DNA of 64,000 nucleotides from Bdellovibrionales bacterium (GCA_027317865.1 DAHVQG010000001.1:224001-288000), one strand, 5' to 3'. Counted from the stretch's first letter, positions 50,767 through 61,351 are shown. Made by a program: numbers and translations. Notes: generated by a model from the sequence alone, not told the origin.

Positions 50767-51724
50767 ACCGAACCGTTCGCCACCATGACGAAACCTGCGC
50801 GTCTTTACGGGGCGGCAAAGGTGAAATTACAACTGGTGGCTCTGTTTTATTTCGCTCTAAAAGTCGTGCCCGCAATTTGGCGAACTGCGAATTTAAGCCG
50901 CGAGTATCGTTAACGTAAGGCGAGAAATATTGCGAGTATTTAGCCGACATAGCCGTATTTTTGTGGTCGGTAAATTTTTTGACGAATGCAACAAGACTTT
51001 TCAGTTTCATGCGAGACATTTTATTGTTTACCAAACAAACCGTATCGTAGCCTTCTATAATTCGCCCCTTGGGGAGTTGCATTTCTACATGTAATGATCG
51101 TGTCACTGCCGGCTCAATCGCGCCGTCCCAACCGTAAGCGGCGCTCCCGGGCCGAGTTAGGATTTCTCCAGTGGAAGATGTAAAACTTTGCAGCGGCGGA
51201 TGAAAATCGGTCGTAGGTAAATGGTCTTGAACGAGACGGTCGTATACTTCGAGTTTGTCGTCAATAACGCCAATCTTATATCCATGGGCCGATAATGCTA
51301 GTAATTGGTCAAGACTGTGAACCTTCGGATGGTCGTGGGGTTTCGGAATAACCGAAAATATTGTTGCGCTCCACAAATAAGGTAGGCAATCGTGGGCATA
51401 TTTCGTGGTAAATGATAAATAATTGCGATTTAATCCAATAAATTGATCTTTTATAAGCATGTGCGCGCTCAACAAATCGGGGAGAACTTGGTTAGAGACA
51501 ATCGCGACGTCAAATCCGGCCCTGTTATTGATTAGTTTTGAAACAACGACGTTATTCGACTTATACGTTTCGAGTTCAATATTATAACCAAGCCGTTTCA
51601 TTTTAGCGACAAGCTTTGGCGACGTGTAGTCCCACCAATTGAGTAACCGAATTTGTTGGCGTGACGGTTTGGCAACTGCCGAAATAGCAAATAAGAGTAA
51701 TACAATTATCTGAACTAGACGCAA
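50756..51724 (-). CDS. PotD-like extracellular solute-binding protein
   Basis: Signal peptide; LLNWWDY, YKSN, FDVAI.S, LPYLW. Confidence 0.7.
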   Translation of the reverse strand: MRLVQIIVLLLFAISAVAKPSRQQIRLLNWWDYTSPKLVAKMKRLGYNIELETYKSNNVVVSKLINNRAGFDVAIVSNQVLPDLLSAHMLIKDQFIGLNRNYLSFTTKYAHDCLPYLWSATIFSVIPKPHDHPKVHSLDQLLALSAHGYKIGVIDDKLEVYDRLVQDHLPTTDFHPPLQSFTSSTGEILTRPGSAAYGWDGAIEPAVTRSLHVEMQLPKGRIIEGYDTVCLVNNKMSRMKLKSLVAFVKKFTDHKNTAMSAKYSQYFSPYVNDTRGLNSQFAKLRARLLERNKTEPPVVISPLPPRKDAQVSSWWRTVRYEK

Positions 51725-52260
51725 TGAAACTCCGATGCATGAGAATTAGGCACGACACCCTGTGATTTCCTTTTATTATTCGTCGTGAGGGAAGTGCGGG
51801 CAATCAAATCTTGGTGTATTCACAAAGCGCATTTTTAAAAATAGCCCATAGGTGACAAGGTTTAAGATACAAAGAATTTTTCCCCGCGAGGGGCCTGTAG
51901 GCGGGAGCACAGTCAAAATTTATCAACTACCAGAAGCAGGTGATTAGTTGTTTAATTACGTGGATTTTGGTCCAGGAGTCCCGGCACAATGCTGCTGGAC
52001 AGGTCATGGTGGCAGCAGTCATTGTGTTACGCGTCTGTTTGTTGGGGAGCAGTCGTACACTTTGTGTGAGAATATCCGGTGTGGTGAGTGTTGATTTGGC
52101 AAAAGCGGTGAAAGGCACGATCGAGCGACCGGAATTGTTGACCAGATGGAACCTACAAAATTTAACGGAATGCTGTCTCGCAGGATAAAAATGCAAAGCA
52201 TTGTGGCTGGCGTGATCGTTGAGCGCACATGAAAGATATAATTTAAAAACCGCCTTCTAA

Positions 52261-53619
52261 TTACGGGTGCAAATTCAACACGGCGGTATTTGAAAATTGG
52301 CCCACAGCGGTTTGTCCCGTACTGTTAAGAGGTATCACACGAAAATAGTACGTTCCCCAACCCGGTAAACTTCGTGCTGGCATAAAATAGAATCCACCCT
52401 TGGTAATCGGTAATATGGTGCCGGCAAGATGGCGAGGATCGGGCATGATACCATTTTGCTGTGAAAAATTAATGTTTGGACCAATCACTTCGTAGTAGGT
52501 CGCGGCCGCATTCGGAAAGTTCGACACGTCAAAACTAAACGTAATTGTTTGGTAAGGGTTCGTTACGTTGAGCGTACTTTGGCCATTGAGGCTCGGTGTC
52601 GATGCCACTGAAGGTGCTGGTTGTGGTGGCGGATTCGGTGGCGGATTCGGTGATGGTGAAGGCGGCGGTGGTGGAGGCGGATTTGGTGACGAGGCGACAT
52701 CAAAATATAGGGCATCGGTTGCGACACTGTTGCAACGGTTGCCGTTTTGGTCGGTGGCTTTTGTTGTGATGTAACCATGATCGCCCCATGACGTTCCCCA
52801 AGAGTTGCGAATGATCCAATAGCCAACTCCCGGTGGGAGGTTTCCGTTGGTATCAAACACGCAATTTCCGTTCGAATCGACGCTCGATTCACAGCTATAA
52901 CCTTCAATTGAAACCATATGGTTGATGTCGTTTGGATTTTCATCGTCGCAACCGTTGTACACTCCACCAGAATAGCTTTGCCAAAGGTTAGTAGCTGTGA
53001 CATCGACTGAGACGGGCCGATGCAAAACGCCGACGACGTAGGCGATGTCTTTGAATGAAGGGCTGCCATTTGTGCCCAGCATGTGATACGCGGTCGCCAT
53101 TGCTATGGGACTCGAAGGTGTGCAAGCGGCTTGTTGCCCGGTGTATTGGCCATCTGTTCCGTAAGCAGGTGGTCCGTCGGGGCTAACGAGCATTTGCGCG
53201 GCGGAAAAATTACCGCCGTTGCAACCTTGCATTTGCGTATCGCAGTCGAGTAAATAATTGAACGACAAACGTCCAGGGTCGTGCCCAGCCATCATGAGCG
53301 TGCCCCGTAAAACCGAGGTGAGAGAAAAATCCCAACAGCTGCCACATTGGCCTTGGTTCTCAACTGGACCGGCTTGATTGCGCATGCTGTAGTTGCCGGG
53401 TATAGGCGTGGTTGCCATGAGAAACGATTGCTTTTGCGACTGCGCCATGAATCGCGCATTTTGAACATTACGTAAAAAGCCGAGAGCGAAATGGCCTGAA
53501 TATTTTTTGGTGGTAAACGTTTGCGTCCAAACTTGTTGCGTCTCTGAAGGGCTAGAAATAAAACTTAACGCTAAAACAGCTAACGCCAGCATGCAGATTT
53601 GTTTGAAATAGAATTTCAT
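52261..53619 (-). CDS. Secreted papain-family (C1) cysteine protease with Pro linker and C-terminal domain
   Basis: QGQCGSCW, NHMVSIEGY, WIIRNSWGTSWG. Confidence 0.93.
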   Translation of the reverse strand: MKFYFKQICMLALAVLALSFISSPSETQQVWTQTFTTKKYSGHFALGFLRNVQNARFMAQSQKQSFLMATTPIPGNYSMRNQAGPVENQGQCGSCWDFSLTSVLRGTLMMAGHDPGRLSFNYLLDCDTQMQGCNGGNFSAAQMLVSPDGPPAYGTDGQYTGQQAACTPSSPIAMATAYHMLGTNGSPSFKDIAYVVGVLHRPVSVDVTATNLWQSYSGGVYNGCDDENPNDINHMVSIEGYSCESSVDSNGNCVFDTNGNLPPGVGYWIIRNSWGTSWGDHGYITTKATDQNGNRCNSVATDALYFDVASSPNPPPPPPPSPSPNPPPNPPPQPAPSVASTPSLNGQSTLNVTNPYQTITFSFDVSNFPNAAATYYEVIGPNINFSQQNGIMPDPRHLAGTILPITKGGFYFMPARSLPGWGTYYFRVIPLNSTGQTAVGQFSNTAVLNLHP

Positions 53620-53815
53620 CTGTCATCCTTTTGACGCGACATATGTCGCAGTCATCTAAATGACTTCTCGACGGGATACGGCTTTTCTTTAATCGAATTT
53701 GGTCAGATTGAATTTGGCAGAAAAATCTAGTTGATTGTCTCGCCCGTGCCATTCCAAAGTGTGCCGCCTGATGGAGTCAAAATATCGAAAACTATACGCC
53801 AACACGGTTGAAAGC

Positions 53816-54952
53816 CTAAAACGCAACAAATCCTGGTGAATTTGCGCCGCGGTCGAGGCCGAAGAAGACTCTCTTGCCGTAGAAAAATGGCATACCCATT
53901 AAAAATGGGCTGCCAAGAAGCAAATTCGCCATATCAGGGACGACTTGTACATTACTGTCGTTCAAAATTTCTTCCGGGCTGGTGATTTCAATATTAAAAG
54001 GGTTGATTTTGTCGCCGGTTAAAACGCTCAGATGAATCGTTGTCGGTTGGTCGGGACATAAATAATCGCACATTGGTAGGCCAAATTTCGCCGGAAAGTC
54101 GTAAGTGTCAGCACCCGTATCGAACCGCGATGGGTAAATTTGGCCGTGATACTTCAAATGAAACCATCCGTTCGCGGGTACGGGCAACTCATGAGCGGCA
54201 GCGGGTCCAAGTTCGTTATCCTTTCGCGAGTTTAAACCAAATGCAATTGTTCCAACGATGCTATTTCGCGGGGCCGGCACGGCCGGGAAATCAATTACGT
54301 AACCGTTATTGTCATGAGGCAGACCAAGTACGGGATTGCTCACTGCGAGTGAGGTTGCGTTGTTCAACGGCGAACACCGAGAGCCAATGCATTTATAGTA
54401 GTGAAAGGCAGCGTTTTCTCCGCAATTTTTATCGGTGCCAACGTCGGCGCAATCGTCGTGCGCAAAACTAACGCCAAGTATGCCGTTAATTTGACCGGCT
54501 TCGGGTTGTGCCGCCATGATCGGACATGAAACTCCGTTTGGCACATTTTGCCATGTTTGAATTCTTACGTTGCTGGCGACTTCTTGCCCGAGCTTCACGT
54601 CAGCTCGGCGAATCGGCCCCCAATAAGAATCGCCCCCGCCATAAGAAGTGCACTCAAATATATTTTGGTTCGCGGGTCCTTTTATGGCTGGCAAATTCAG
54701 CTTCTTTGTTAGCGAAGAGAACAGTCGCAAACCGACGCTCCCCGTATCAAGTTCAATGCGATTTACAGTTTGGCAATTATCGGTACCGGGCTGGCAGATT
54801 GTGACTGAAACCAATGGAATATTTGAGTAATTCTCGATCGCGCCACCGCCCACGTCAATTCGCATTTGATTGGGCTTTAAGCGCGAAATGCGCGCGTGCG
54901 CGTTCAAACAAAAACAAAATAACAAGAGTGTGCTACCAAGCCATAACTTCAT
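53816..54952 (-). CDS. DUF3443-like secreted protein (aspartic-peptidase-like)
   Basis: SVTICQPGT.NCQT, LDTGSVGLR, NGILGV, FDTG, GMPFFYGK. Confidence 0.8.
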   Translation of the reverse strand: MKLWLGSTLLLFCFCLNAHARISRLKPNQMRIDVGGGAIENYSNIPLVSVTICQPGTDNCQTVNRIELDTGSVGLRLFSSLTKKLNLPAIKGPANQNIFECTSYGGGDSYWGPIRRADVKLGQEVASNVRIQTWQNVPNGVSCPIMAAQPEAGQINGILGVSFAHDDCADVGTDKNCGENAAFHYYKCIGSRCSPLNNATSLAVSNPVLGLPHDNNGYVIDFPAVPAPRNSIVGTIAFGLNSRKDNELGPAAAHELPVPANGWFHLKYHGQIYPSRFDTGADTYDFPAKFGLPMCDYLCPDQPTTIHLSVLTGDKINPFNIEITSPEEILNDSNVQVVPDMANLLLGSPFLMGMPFFYGKRVFFGLDRGANSPGFVAF

Positions 54953-55130
54953 CAGATCCCGCCTTGTCGCAGCAGTTATACCATAGTGGATCACACGAAA
55001 AAAGCCGGTGTGAAAATATGAAATGGGCCTTGTCGGCGCAGACGTTTTTCGAGGCCACTTTCGGCAAAATAATATGTAAATGACCAAAAAGGGGCAAGGT
55101 GGCGACGGCCGGATTCTAGTTCAACGGCTG

Positions 55131-56045
55131 TTACTTACTTGACTGATAAGGCCCTGTTGAACAGGCATTGGTTCGATCATCAAACAATGTCGTCACGGCA
55201 TAAGAGCGGCCTGACTTTGTGTTCAGTGTCGTAGGGCTGTTGTTTTCGCAAAGATCGGCGATCTCGTAACCATTGCTGGTATTCCAAGCTTGTGGGTAGG
55301 CCGGATTACTTCCGGGTGTGGGGAACGGATCGGTGATGGCTTCTAAAAGTTCGTGAGATGAATCGAAAGTTAGCGCTGAGAAACCGCTCCCGCACCCAAA
55401 CGAACAGCTGCCGGTGAGCGAAGGCATAACGCCATAAAAGATGTTGCCATATTTGGTGCTTTTAAAACCATCGTGGTACGCGCAGAAGTCGACACACGAC
55501 TGGCCTCCGGCAATTGAAATGGAATATCCAGCGGGGAAGTACGTCATATAGATGGTGTTATTGTTGGGCTTTGGCAAATTTCCTGCCGCTATTTGCGCTT
55601 GCAATTCAGTCTGTATGTCAGCATCCGTAAGGTTCGTGTTTTTATTATTCGGAGTAATTGTGTAGGTACCTACGAATTTACCACGTGTTATTGTTTGATT
55701 GGTCCCGGCACGGCCATCGACTGCTTTAATATTTGTGTCATAAATTTTGAGCCAATCGATGTAATTGCTATTTACGAGCGCATTAAAAAATGGACCAATA
55801 TTTTTCTGTGTTTGCGCTGCGACCGCCGAAGTCCAATTCACAACGATCACGTTTGCGGAGTGAACAACCGGTCCGCCATAATATAGAAGTTGTGTGCCGG
55901 CAAAAGTTTGCACGTTGGTTGGGGCCTGCATGCTGCTAAAAAGTTGAAGCGCATCTCTTTTTTGTCGCGTTAAAAACACTCCGTGTGGTTCAGCTAGGGC
56001 AATCTGAGTAAACAACAGAGTCAAAATAACCAAAAAACCTTTCAT
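55131..56045 (-). CDS. Secreted hypothetical protein with HExxE motif (possible metallopeptidase)
   Basis: Signal peptide; YYGGPV, FCAYH, SHELLEAITDP, EIADLC. Confidence 0.7.
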   Translation of the reverse strand: MKGFLVILTLLFTQIALAEPHGVFLTRQKRDALQLFSSMQAPTNVQTFAGTQLLYYGGPVVHSANVIVVNWTSAVAAQTQKNIGPFFNALVNSNYIDWLKIYDTNIKAVDGRAGTNQTITRGKFVGTYTITPNNKNTNLTDADIQTELQAQIAAGNLPKPNNNTIYMTYFPAGYSISIAGGQSCVDFCAYHDGFKSTKYGNIFYGVMPSLTGSCSFGCGSGFSALTFDSSHELLEAITDPFPTPGSNPAYPQAWNTSNGYEIADLCENNSPTTLNTKSGRSYAVTTLFDDRTNACSTGPYQSSK

Positions 56046-57168
56046 GAATCCCCCTTTTACTGCGCGACGTGACTTTTTAACGAGTTGCTAAACGGCGCGG
56101 TAGCCCCCTTGAAACTGTTAAGTAACCGCAAGGCTGAGTCAAACTGTTTTAGCCGGGAGTTCACCAAGTGATACGCAATGAATTGCTGGCCACGATCCGC
56201 ATAAATAGGATAAATTTCAGGCGCAATTCAAAAAATAGCTCCTTGCGCGGGCGGACGCGAAAGAAATAATCGCGATACTAGCTGCACGTGCCAGGCTCAA
56301 CGTCACTGACCATGCAATTCAAAGTGACATCAATTATAGGATCAGCGGTTACGAAAAATATTTTTAAAAAGTTCAAGATTGGTTAAAGTTGAAGAATGAG
56401 TTGAACCAAACCTATACAAATATTTTAGCTACGCTACTGACAGTGATGGCGGGTTTAGATTTAAATCTTTAATCGTATTTGAGGAGTGAGCTTCAAGCGC
56501 TGACTCGTCAATTTTTCTGACTTTTTCTTTTCAATTACTGAGGTGCAAAAAGAATTGTGGTGCCGATTTCTGGATCTGAACTGGGAATCTGCATTACAAA
56601 GAATTCGGGGCCAACAAATTTAACTTATTAATAGCGCTTTGTTTTGTCCCCACTATCCCCATGTGCCACCGGAGTGACGGCAGTAGTACCAGAGGCAAAT
56701 TTGGCACCAAGGTAGTATTAGGTTTTGGACTTTGGTCCGAATTACTGGACAAAATGACTGTTAATGGATCTGAGAGCGAATTGGTTGCCAGCTAGCAGCG
56801 CAAATGCATGCCCATGCGTTGGCTCCGCCATGAAAGTTTTGAGCATAGTTGGGATTGCTATCCGTTTGGTAAAGGCGGTCATACGCACAGGACAATATTT
56901 TTTTTGAAGTATTCACCTAGTGGATTTCATCTTTTTGATAGTTCCCGGTAATCCAGTTTAAATCGAATTGAATTTGAGCAAATTCTATGTTTTGCCACCA
57001 ATACTGCCCCCGGGGGTTTTGATAGCGTAGTCAGTTTCGGAACTAGAATCCCAATTCCAAAATCTATTTTCCAATTCTCAAATTCCCAATTCTTGGTCCG
57101 AAAACTGGGACAGCCAAACCTTAAATCGAAAATAGGGCTACTGGGATGATTTCCTCACGGTATACGAA

Positions 57169-57184
57169 TGGCATAAGGGTTGCT
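57169..57184 (+). promoter_or_regulatory. Putative sigma54 promoter of the secreted-protein operon
   Basis: TGGCATAAGGGTTGCT (GG-N10-GC), then AAGGAGG RBS and ATG 57218. Confidence 0.65.
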
Positions 57185-57217
57185 TTCGTCACATGTCGAA
57201 TCGTAAGGAGGCTTGTA

Positions 57218-58639
57218 ATGAAATCTTGGTTGCAACTGTTTGTTCTAGGAATTGCAACGTGGAGTTTTGCTCAATCTGTACAGGCTTTGCCGTATTATGG
57301 GCCGAGTCTAAAGAAGCCATGTCAGGTCAACCGACCGGATTCAAAAAAATACCGCGACATTGATGCCGGTTATTTAACAAACGAAGACTGCACCACAATT
57401 TATGTAAAGCCACCGCTTGTCGGTTCAATGGTAATGAACGCGCCGAACTTCATGTTTCCTGAGCAACGCGGCGACTGCGAGGCTATGGACGCCGGTCTTA
57501 AATATCTTCAACGGTGGTATGAGCGGGAACTTCGGGATCGTCACCAAAACCCGGCAGCCATTAATCGCGAATACAATAATCAGTTAACCGACATCGTTAA
57601 TTACGGTTCGAATGACGCGTACTCGAGAATAACCGGACAAATCTCGCTGCAATGGTCGAACTTGGTTCAAGCGTACCGAGATGCCAATGTCGGCAGCCAT
57701 AAAACAGTTAAACAATTGCCGATACTCATCGGCGTTTTAACCGGTACCGAAGACGGTGTCGCGGGCTACGGTTCGATGGTTAATATTACAGACCTGGTGG
57801 ACGCGACAAAAACAAGTATCGTAAGTCAAAAATTTTTCGGGCTCCAATTGCCGAATGACCTCATATCGTCAGATCGCTTTCCAATCCCGCCCGAGTTAGA
57901 AAACTACGGTGGGCACGACGATCCGATCATCATGGGGCAGTCATTGGCTTTTGAATTGGAACTCAATCGCTCAGGTACCTGTGCGCTATTAAATGGTGAA
58001 ACAAGATTGGCGCAAGACCCAATGGGCGACTTTGCGGCAACCTATACCTATTTTTATCCGCTTCAAACCGACGCGCTACTCAGTGTAACTTACAACTCAT
58101 CTCATCTGCAAAAAAAGTTGGCTGCTATTCTTAAAGAATATAATGGGCACATCGACGTCGCTGAACTACAAGCCGCTTTCAAGAAATCTGATCCGATCAC
58201 CATCAATTTAAATCCGGGGCTTTTTAAAGCAGACCCTAATTTTGAACATGAATACCTCTCGACAATGGAGCACTATGTTTTGGATGGAATGTTATCTAGC
58301 ATAAGCAATGAGGTTGATCTCGCGGTAGACGGTGCCAAGTACAACACACAACAGACGTTGAACGATCGCACCTGCCATCATTCATTTGGGATCGGGCCGA
58401 TTTTTTGTCACAATCACTATTACACCGTAAACACCCAACATATTGACTGGGCAAAGGTCGATAAATTCTTGGCATCATATGCGCTGTCTAGTTCCGGCGA
58501 GGTCAAACAATTCCATAACCTTGTTTGGTACGACACTACGACCTTCAGGCCGAAAATTCTTCGGGACACATCAATTAAATCTTTTGAAAATTTACGCGGC
58601 TACAAAAGCCTTGCAATCAAACGTGGAGGCCTTAAATGA
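57218..58639 (+). CDS. Secreted hypothetical protein (operon gene 1; paralog of gene 3)
   Basis: AAGGAGG RBS, signal peptide, DCTTIYVKPP motif. Confidence 0.8.
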   Translation: MKSWLQLFVLGIATWSFAQSVQALPYYGPSLKKPCQVNRPDSKKYRDIDAGYLTNEDCTTIYVKPPLVGSMVMNAPNFMFPEQRGDCEAMDAGLKYLQRWYERELRDRHQNPAAINREYNNQLTDIVNYGSNDAYSRITGQISLQWSNLVQAYRDANVGSHKTVKQLPILIGVLTGTEDGVAGYGSMVNITDLVDATKTSIVSQKFFGLQLPNDLISSDRFPIPPELENYGGHDDPIIMGQSLAFELELNRSGTCALLNGETRLAQDPMGDFAATYTYFYPLQTDALLSVTYNSSHLQKKLAAILKEYNGHIDVAELQAAFKKSDPITINLNPGLFKADPNFEHEYLSTMEHYVLDGMLSSISNEVDLAVDGAKYNTQQTLNDRTCHHSFGIGPIFCHNHYYTVNTQHIDWAKVDKFLASYALSSSGEVKQFHNLVWYDTTTFRPKILRDTSIKSFENLRGYKSLAIKRGGLK

Positions 58640-59643
58640 AAATGCAAACCTTAAATTCGATTTTAGCGACAACTATTATCGGCTTGTCTTTAAAAGTAAG
58701 AGCAAATCAAGTTACGGGAGTCGTCAGCATCGACGGCGGTAAGAAGGGGTTGACCTATACAGTTGATACGAGATCGGGTGACTACGAGCTCAAGCTACCA
58801 GCTGTTATTAATCCGCAGTTTGTGATCAGCCAAAGCGAATATAAACAGTGGAATTGTGGAGCGCTCGATAAACTTATAGATGAGTCGGCGCCTCTTCACA
58901 AATTTCAATATATTGTAAATCCGCAGCCCGTTTACTTTCACGTTGCGAATTATAATTTAAGTACCGTCGAAGCTGAAATCAGTCAGCAACTCGCGCAAGA
59001 CGGATATAGCGTCCCGAAGTTAAAGAATAAAACAATAGTGGTAATAAATCCCATAAGTGTGAAATTTGTTTGGGATAATTCTTCGGATACCGTGCGTTCT
59101 GGAGCTGAATCGATGAGCATAGCCGAACAGCACTTAAGAGCACTGTTGAATCAACCCATTGTTGAATATAGCTTAGCTAGTGCAAAAGGGGTGCGCCTCG
59201 ACGTTGAGCACCTGCCACTGCTGTGCGATATAGCACAAAAGAAAGTCCAATTGGATCTCACTCTTCACGGCGGTCAATACGCGGAACTCAGGCAGTGGAC
59301 TTCAATCACTCCGGCACAAATTAGATTAGCTGACAATACGCTACTACAACTTGATTCGAACATGCGGACAGACAAGACTTCTGGCTACGCAACTTCTTAC
59401 AGTAATCGAAGCGTCGTGATTCCGGTTCTTCTTGGGATTTCGATTGCAAAAGCTCACCTCGTCGCGCAGATACGGACTGCCGACGATATACAATCCATTG
59501 CGTCGGCCATGATTAATCAAAACTATAATCCGGTGCAGATGACTCTCGAAAACGTAAATGCGCTTATTAAAAGTTTGTCTCAGCCAGACGGTAACCTGAA
59601 ACAATTCAATGTAACCAAACGCGTAAAAGTTGAGTTAGAGTAA
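58636..59643 (+). CDS. Secreted hypothetical protein (gene 2)
   Basis: ATGA overlap, GGAGG RBS, signal-like leader. Confidence 0.75.
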   Translation: MKMQTLNSILATTIIGLSLKVRANQVTGVVSIDGGKKGLTYTVDTRSGDYELKLPAVINPQFVISQSEYKQWNCGALDKLIDESAPLHKFQYIVNPQPVYFHVANYNLSTVEAEISQQLAQDGYSVPKLKNKTIVVINPISVKFVWDNSSDTVRSGAESMSIAEQHLRALLNQPIVEYSLASAKGVRLDVEHLPLLCDIAQKKVQLDLTLHGGQYAELRQWTSITPAQIRLADNTLLQLDSNMRTDKTSGYATSYSNRSVVIPVLLGISIAKAHLVAQIRTADDIQSIASAMINQNYNPVQMTLENVNALIKSLSQPDGNLKQFNVTKRVKVELE

Positions 59644-59644
59644 G

Positions 59645-61351
59645 ATGCGAACGTTATTTTTATTTGTACTTTTGACACTTATTTCGGGGTTGGCATTCGG
59701 CCAAGCGGTAGAATTCACGCCCAATTGCCGATATATAAAAACTCAAATTCAAGATCCAAATAATTCAAACGGATATTATTTTAGCCGCGATTGTCATACC
59801 GTCTATGTTTTGCCACCCACAATCGGGCAGATAAAAATTCGCGGTGTGCAAGATCAATTCGATGCTGAAACGTGCAGGGCATACACCACGCCTCTCGATA
59901 TTTTGCAACGCCATGAAGATGCCCTCAACCAAGCGTCGCGCGAACTTGCAAGAGCTGCTCGCGAAGTTCAGGCCCGACACGGTGTTATCAATACTTTAAA
60001 GAAAAGCTGCGACCAAATTGACGGAGAAGTTGATCAGCTTCAAAAAACGAGCGATGAACTAACCAGCATGAAGACCGCTTATCAGGACGATAAGCAGGCG
60101 CTAAAATCGCAAATTGCGAGTTGTTTAAAGAAGAACGGTGGAGAGAGTGTTGAATGCGAACGGCTTCAGCAAACACTAACCACGATCAACGATGTGCTAG
60201 ATAAAATGGACAATGCAATTTATCGGGTTGCCCCGGCGCTTGCGCTCGCCAAGGTGGACTCGGCTTCTTGCGCGAATGACCGCGACAAAAGAATACGCAA
60301 AATCGTTAATCAAGATTCACAGTTTCAGGCGGCAAGTAACAAATTCGAAACAGAAAGCCAGAATTTAGAAAAGGCACTTGATAGTGAACTTTCAGGCTTG
60401 ATTCGGTCACCAGGCGGCAATATGTCCGTTACCGTTGAATCTAACCAATATAATATGGTTCAACAATATAAAACTTTAAACAGCAAATTGGCCGCGGCCG
60501 CCGACTTGACGTTTGTACCCATGCCCATAAACAAGGGCGTTATCAGTTTCGATTGGATAACCGACGGGTTGACAGCCAATATTCCTACGATTATTCGTTC
60601 GGACGTTTTCGGTCTCTCTGCAACAAACGGTGAGCGTTCCAGTTTGGGTGCGCAAATGATGACGAAGGGCGATGCCAATATGAATGTCCTGTTTGGCAAT
60701 GCCGCTGGCGCCGAACTGCAGTTCAACCTGTATACGGCGTGCCGACTTTTGCAAGCAACGCCAGGTGAAGATATGAACGACCTTCTTAAGAATATAGCGT
60801 CAGAGCTATCGATGACTATGACATTTAGATACGCTTTGCAGGCTCATGAAACGCTCCACGTTAGGTACAGCGAAAGCGAACTCTACAAACTGATGAAAGA
60901 AAGTTCGACAAGTTCAGGGCTATTTACAAGCTCGACCGCGACCTCGCTGACTGAGTCGTCTAATGCCTCACAGTGGATAATTGTGCATGTAACTTCTGAC
61001 GATCCCAAAGCGGAGTGGCCGCATCCTGAAAAGATGGCGCTTGATATCAGACAACAATATCTGAATCGCGCGCTTATGAAGGTAGCGACATCTTACCTGA
61101 CTTCACAACAAGCCCAACAGCTTGAACCTGGAGCCGACGGAGCCGCAAAGGCATCTCAAGTTTTGCATAAATGTACGTATCTCTACTGCCAATATGCGGC
61201 TTTCGGGCTCGATCTCGGCAACGCATTGTTCGGTGGTTCTGATTCAAGCGCATCAACGACTAGAGCGGCATCGGCAGTGGCTGAGCAAGTCGTAAAAATC
61301 ACACAACCGGTTCAGCACACTGGCACGCAAGCCTATGAAGTGAAACTGTAA
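59645..61351 (+). CDS. Secreted hypothetical protein with long coiled coil (gene 3)
   Basis: Signal peptide, DCHTVYVLPP motif, heptad region with Cys residues. Confidence 0.8.
   Translation: MRTLFLFVLLTLISGLAFGQAVEFTPNCRYIKTQIQDPNNSNGYYFSRDCHTVYVLPPTIGQIKIRGVQDQFDAETCRAYTTPLDILQRHEDALNQASRELARAAREVQARHGVINTLKKSCDQIDGEVDQLQKTSDELTSMKTAYQDDKQALKSQIASCLKKNGGESVECERLQQTLTTINDVLDKMDNAIYRVAPALALAKVDSASCANDRDKRIRKIVNQDSQFQAASNKFETESQNLEKALDSELSGLIRSPGGNMSVTVESNQYNMVQQYKTLNSKLAAAADLTFVPMPINKGVISFDWITDGLTANIPTIIRSDVFGLSATNGERSSLGAQMMTKGDANMNVLFGNAAGAELQFNLYTACRLLQATPGEDMNDLLKNIASELSMTMTFRYALQAHETLHVRYSESELYKLMKESSTSSGLFTSSTATSLTESSNASQWIIVHVTSDDPKAEWPHPEKMALDIRQQYLNRALMKVATSYLTSQQAQQLEPGADGAAKASQVLHKCTYLYCQYAAFGLDLGNALFGGSDSSASTTRAASAVAEQVVKITQPVQHTGTQAYEVKL

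Noticed and set aside
51850-52260. Short overlapping ORFs or ncRNA between the binding protein and the protease
   Set aside because: No RBS, motif or clear structure recognisable by eye
52620-52690. GGCGGATTCGGTG-type tandem repeats
   Set aside because: They simply encode the Pro-rich linker of the protease
54968-54983. Sigma54-like TGGTATAACTGCTGC before the DUF3443-like gene
   Set aside because: CTGC instead of TTGC, and the implied TSS would cut into the RBS
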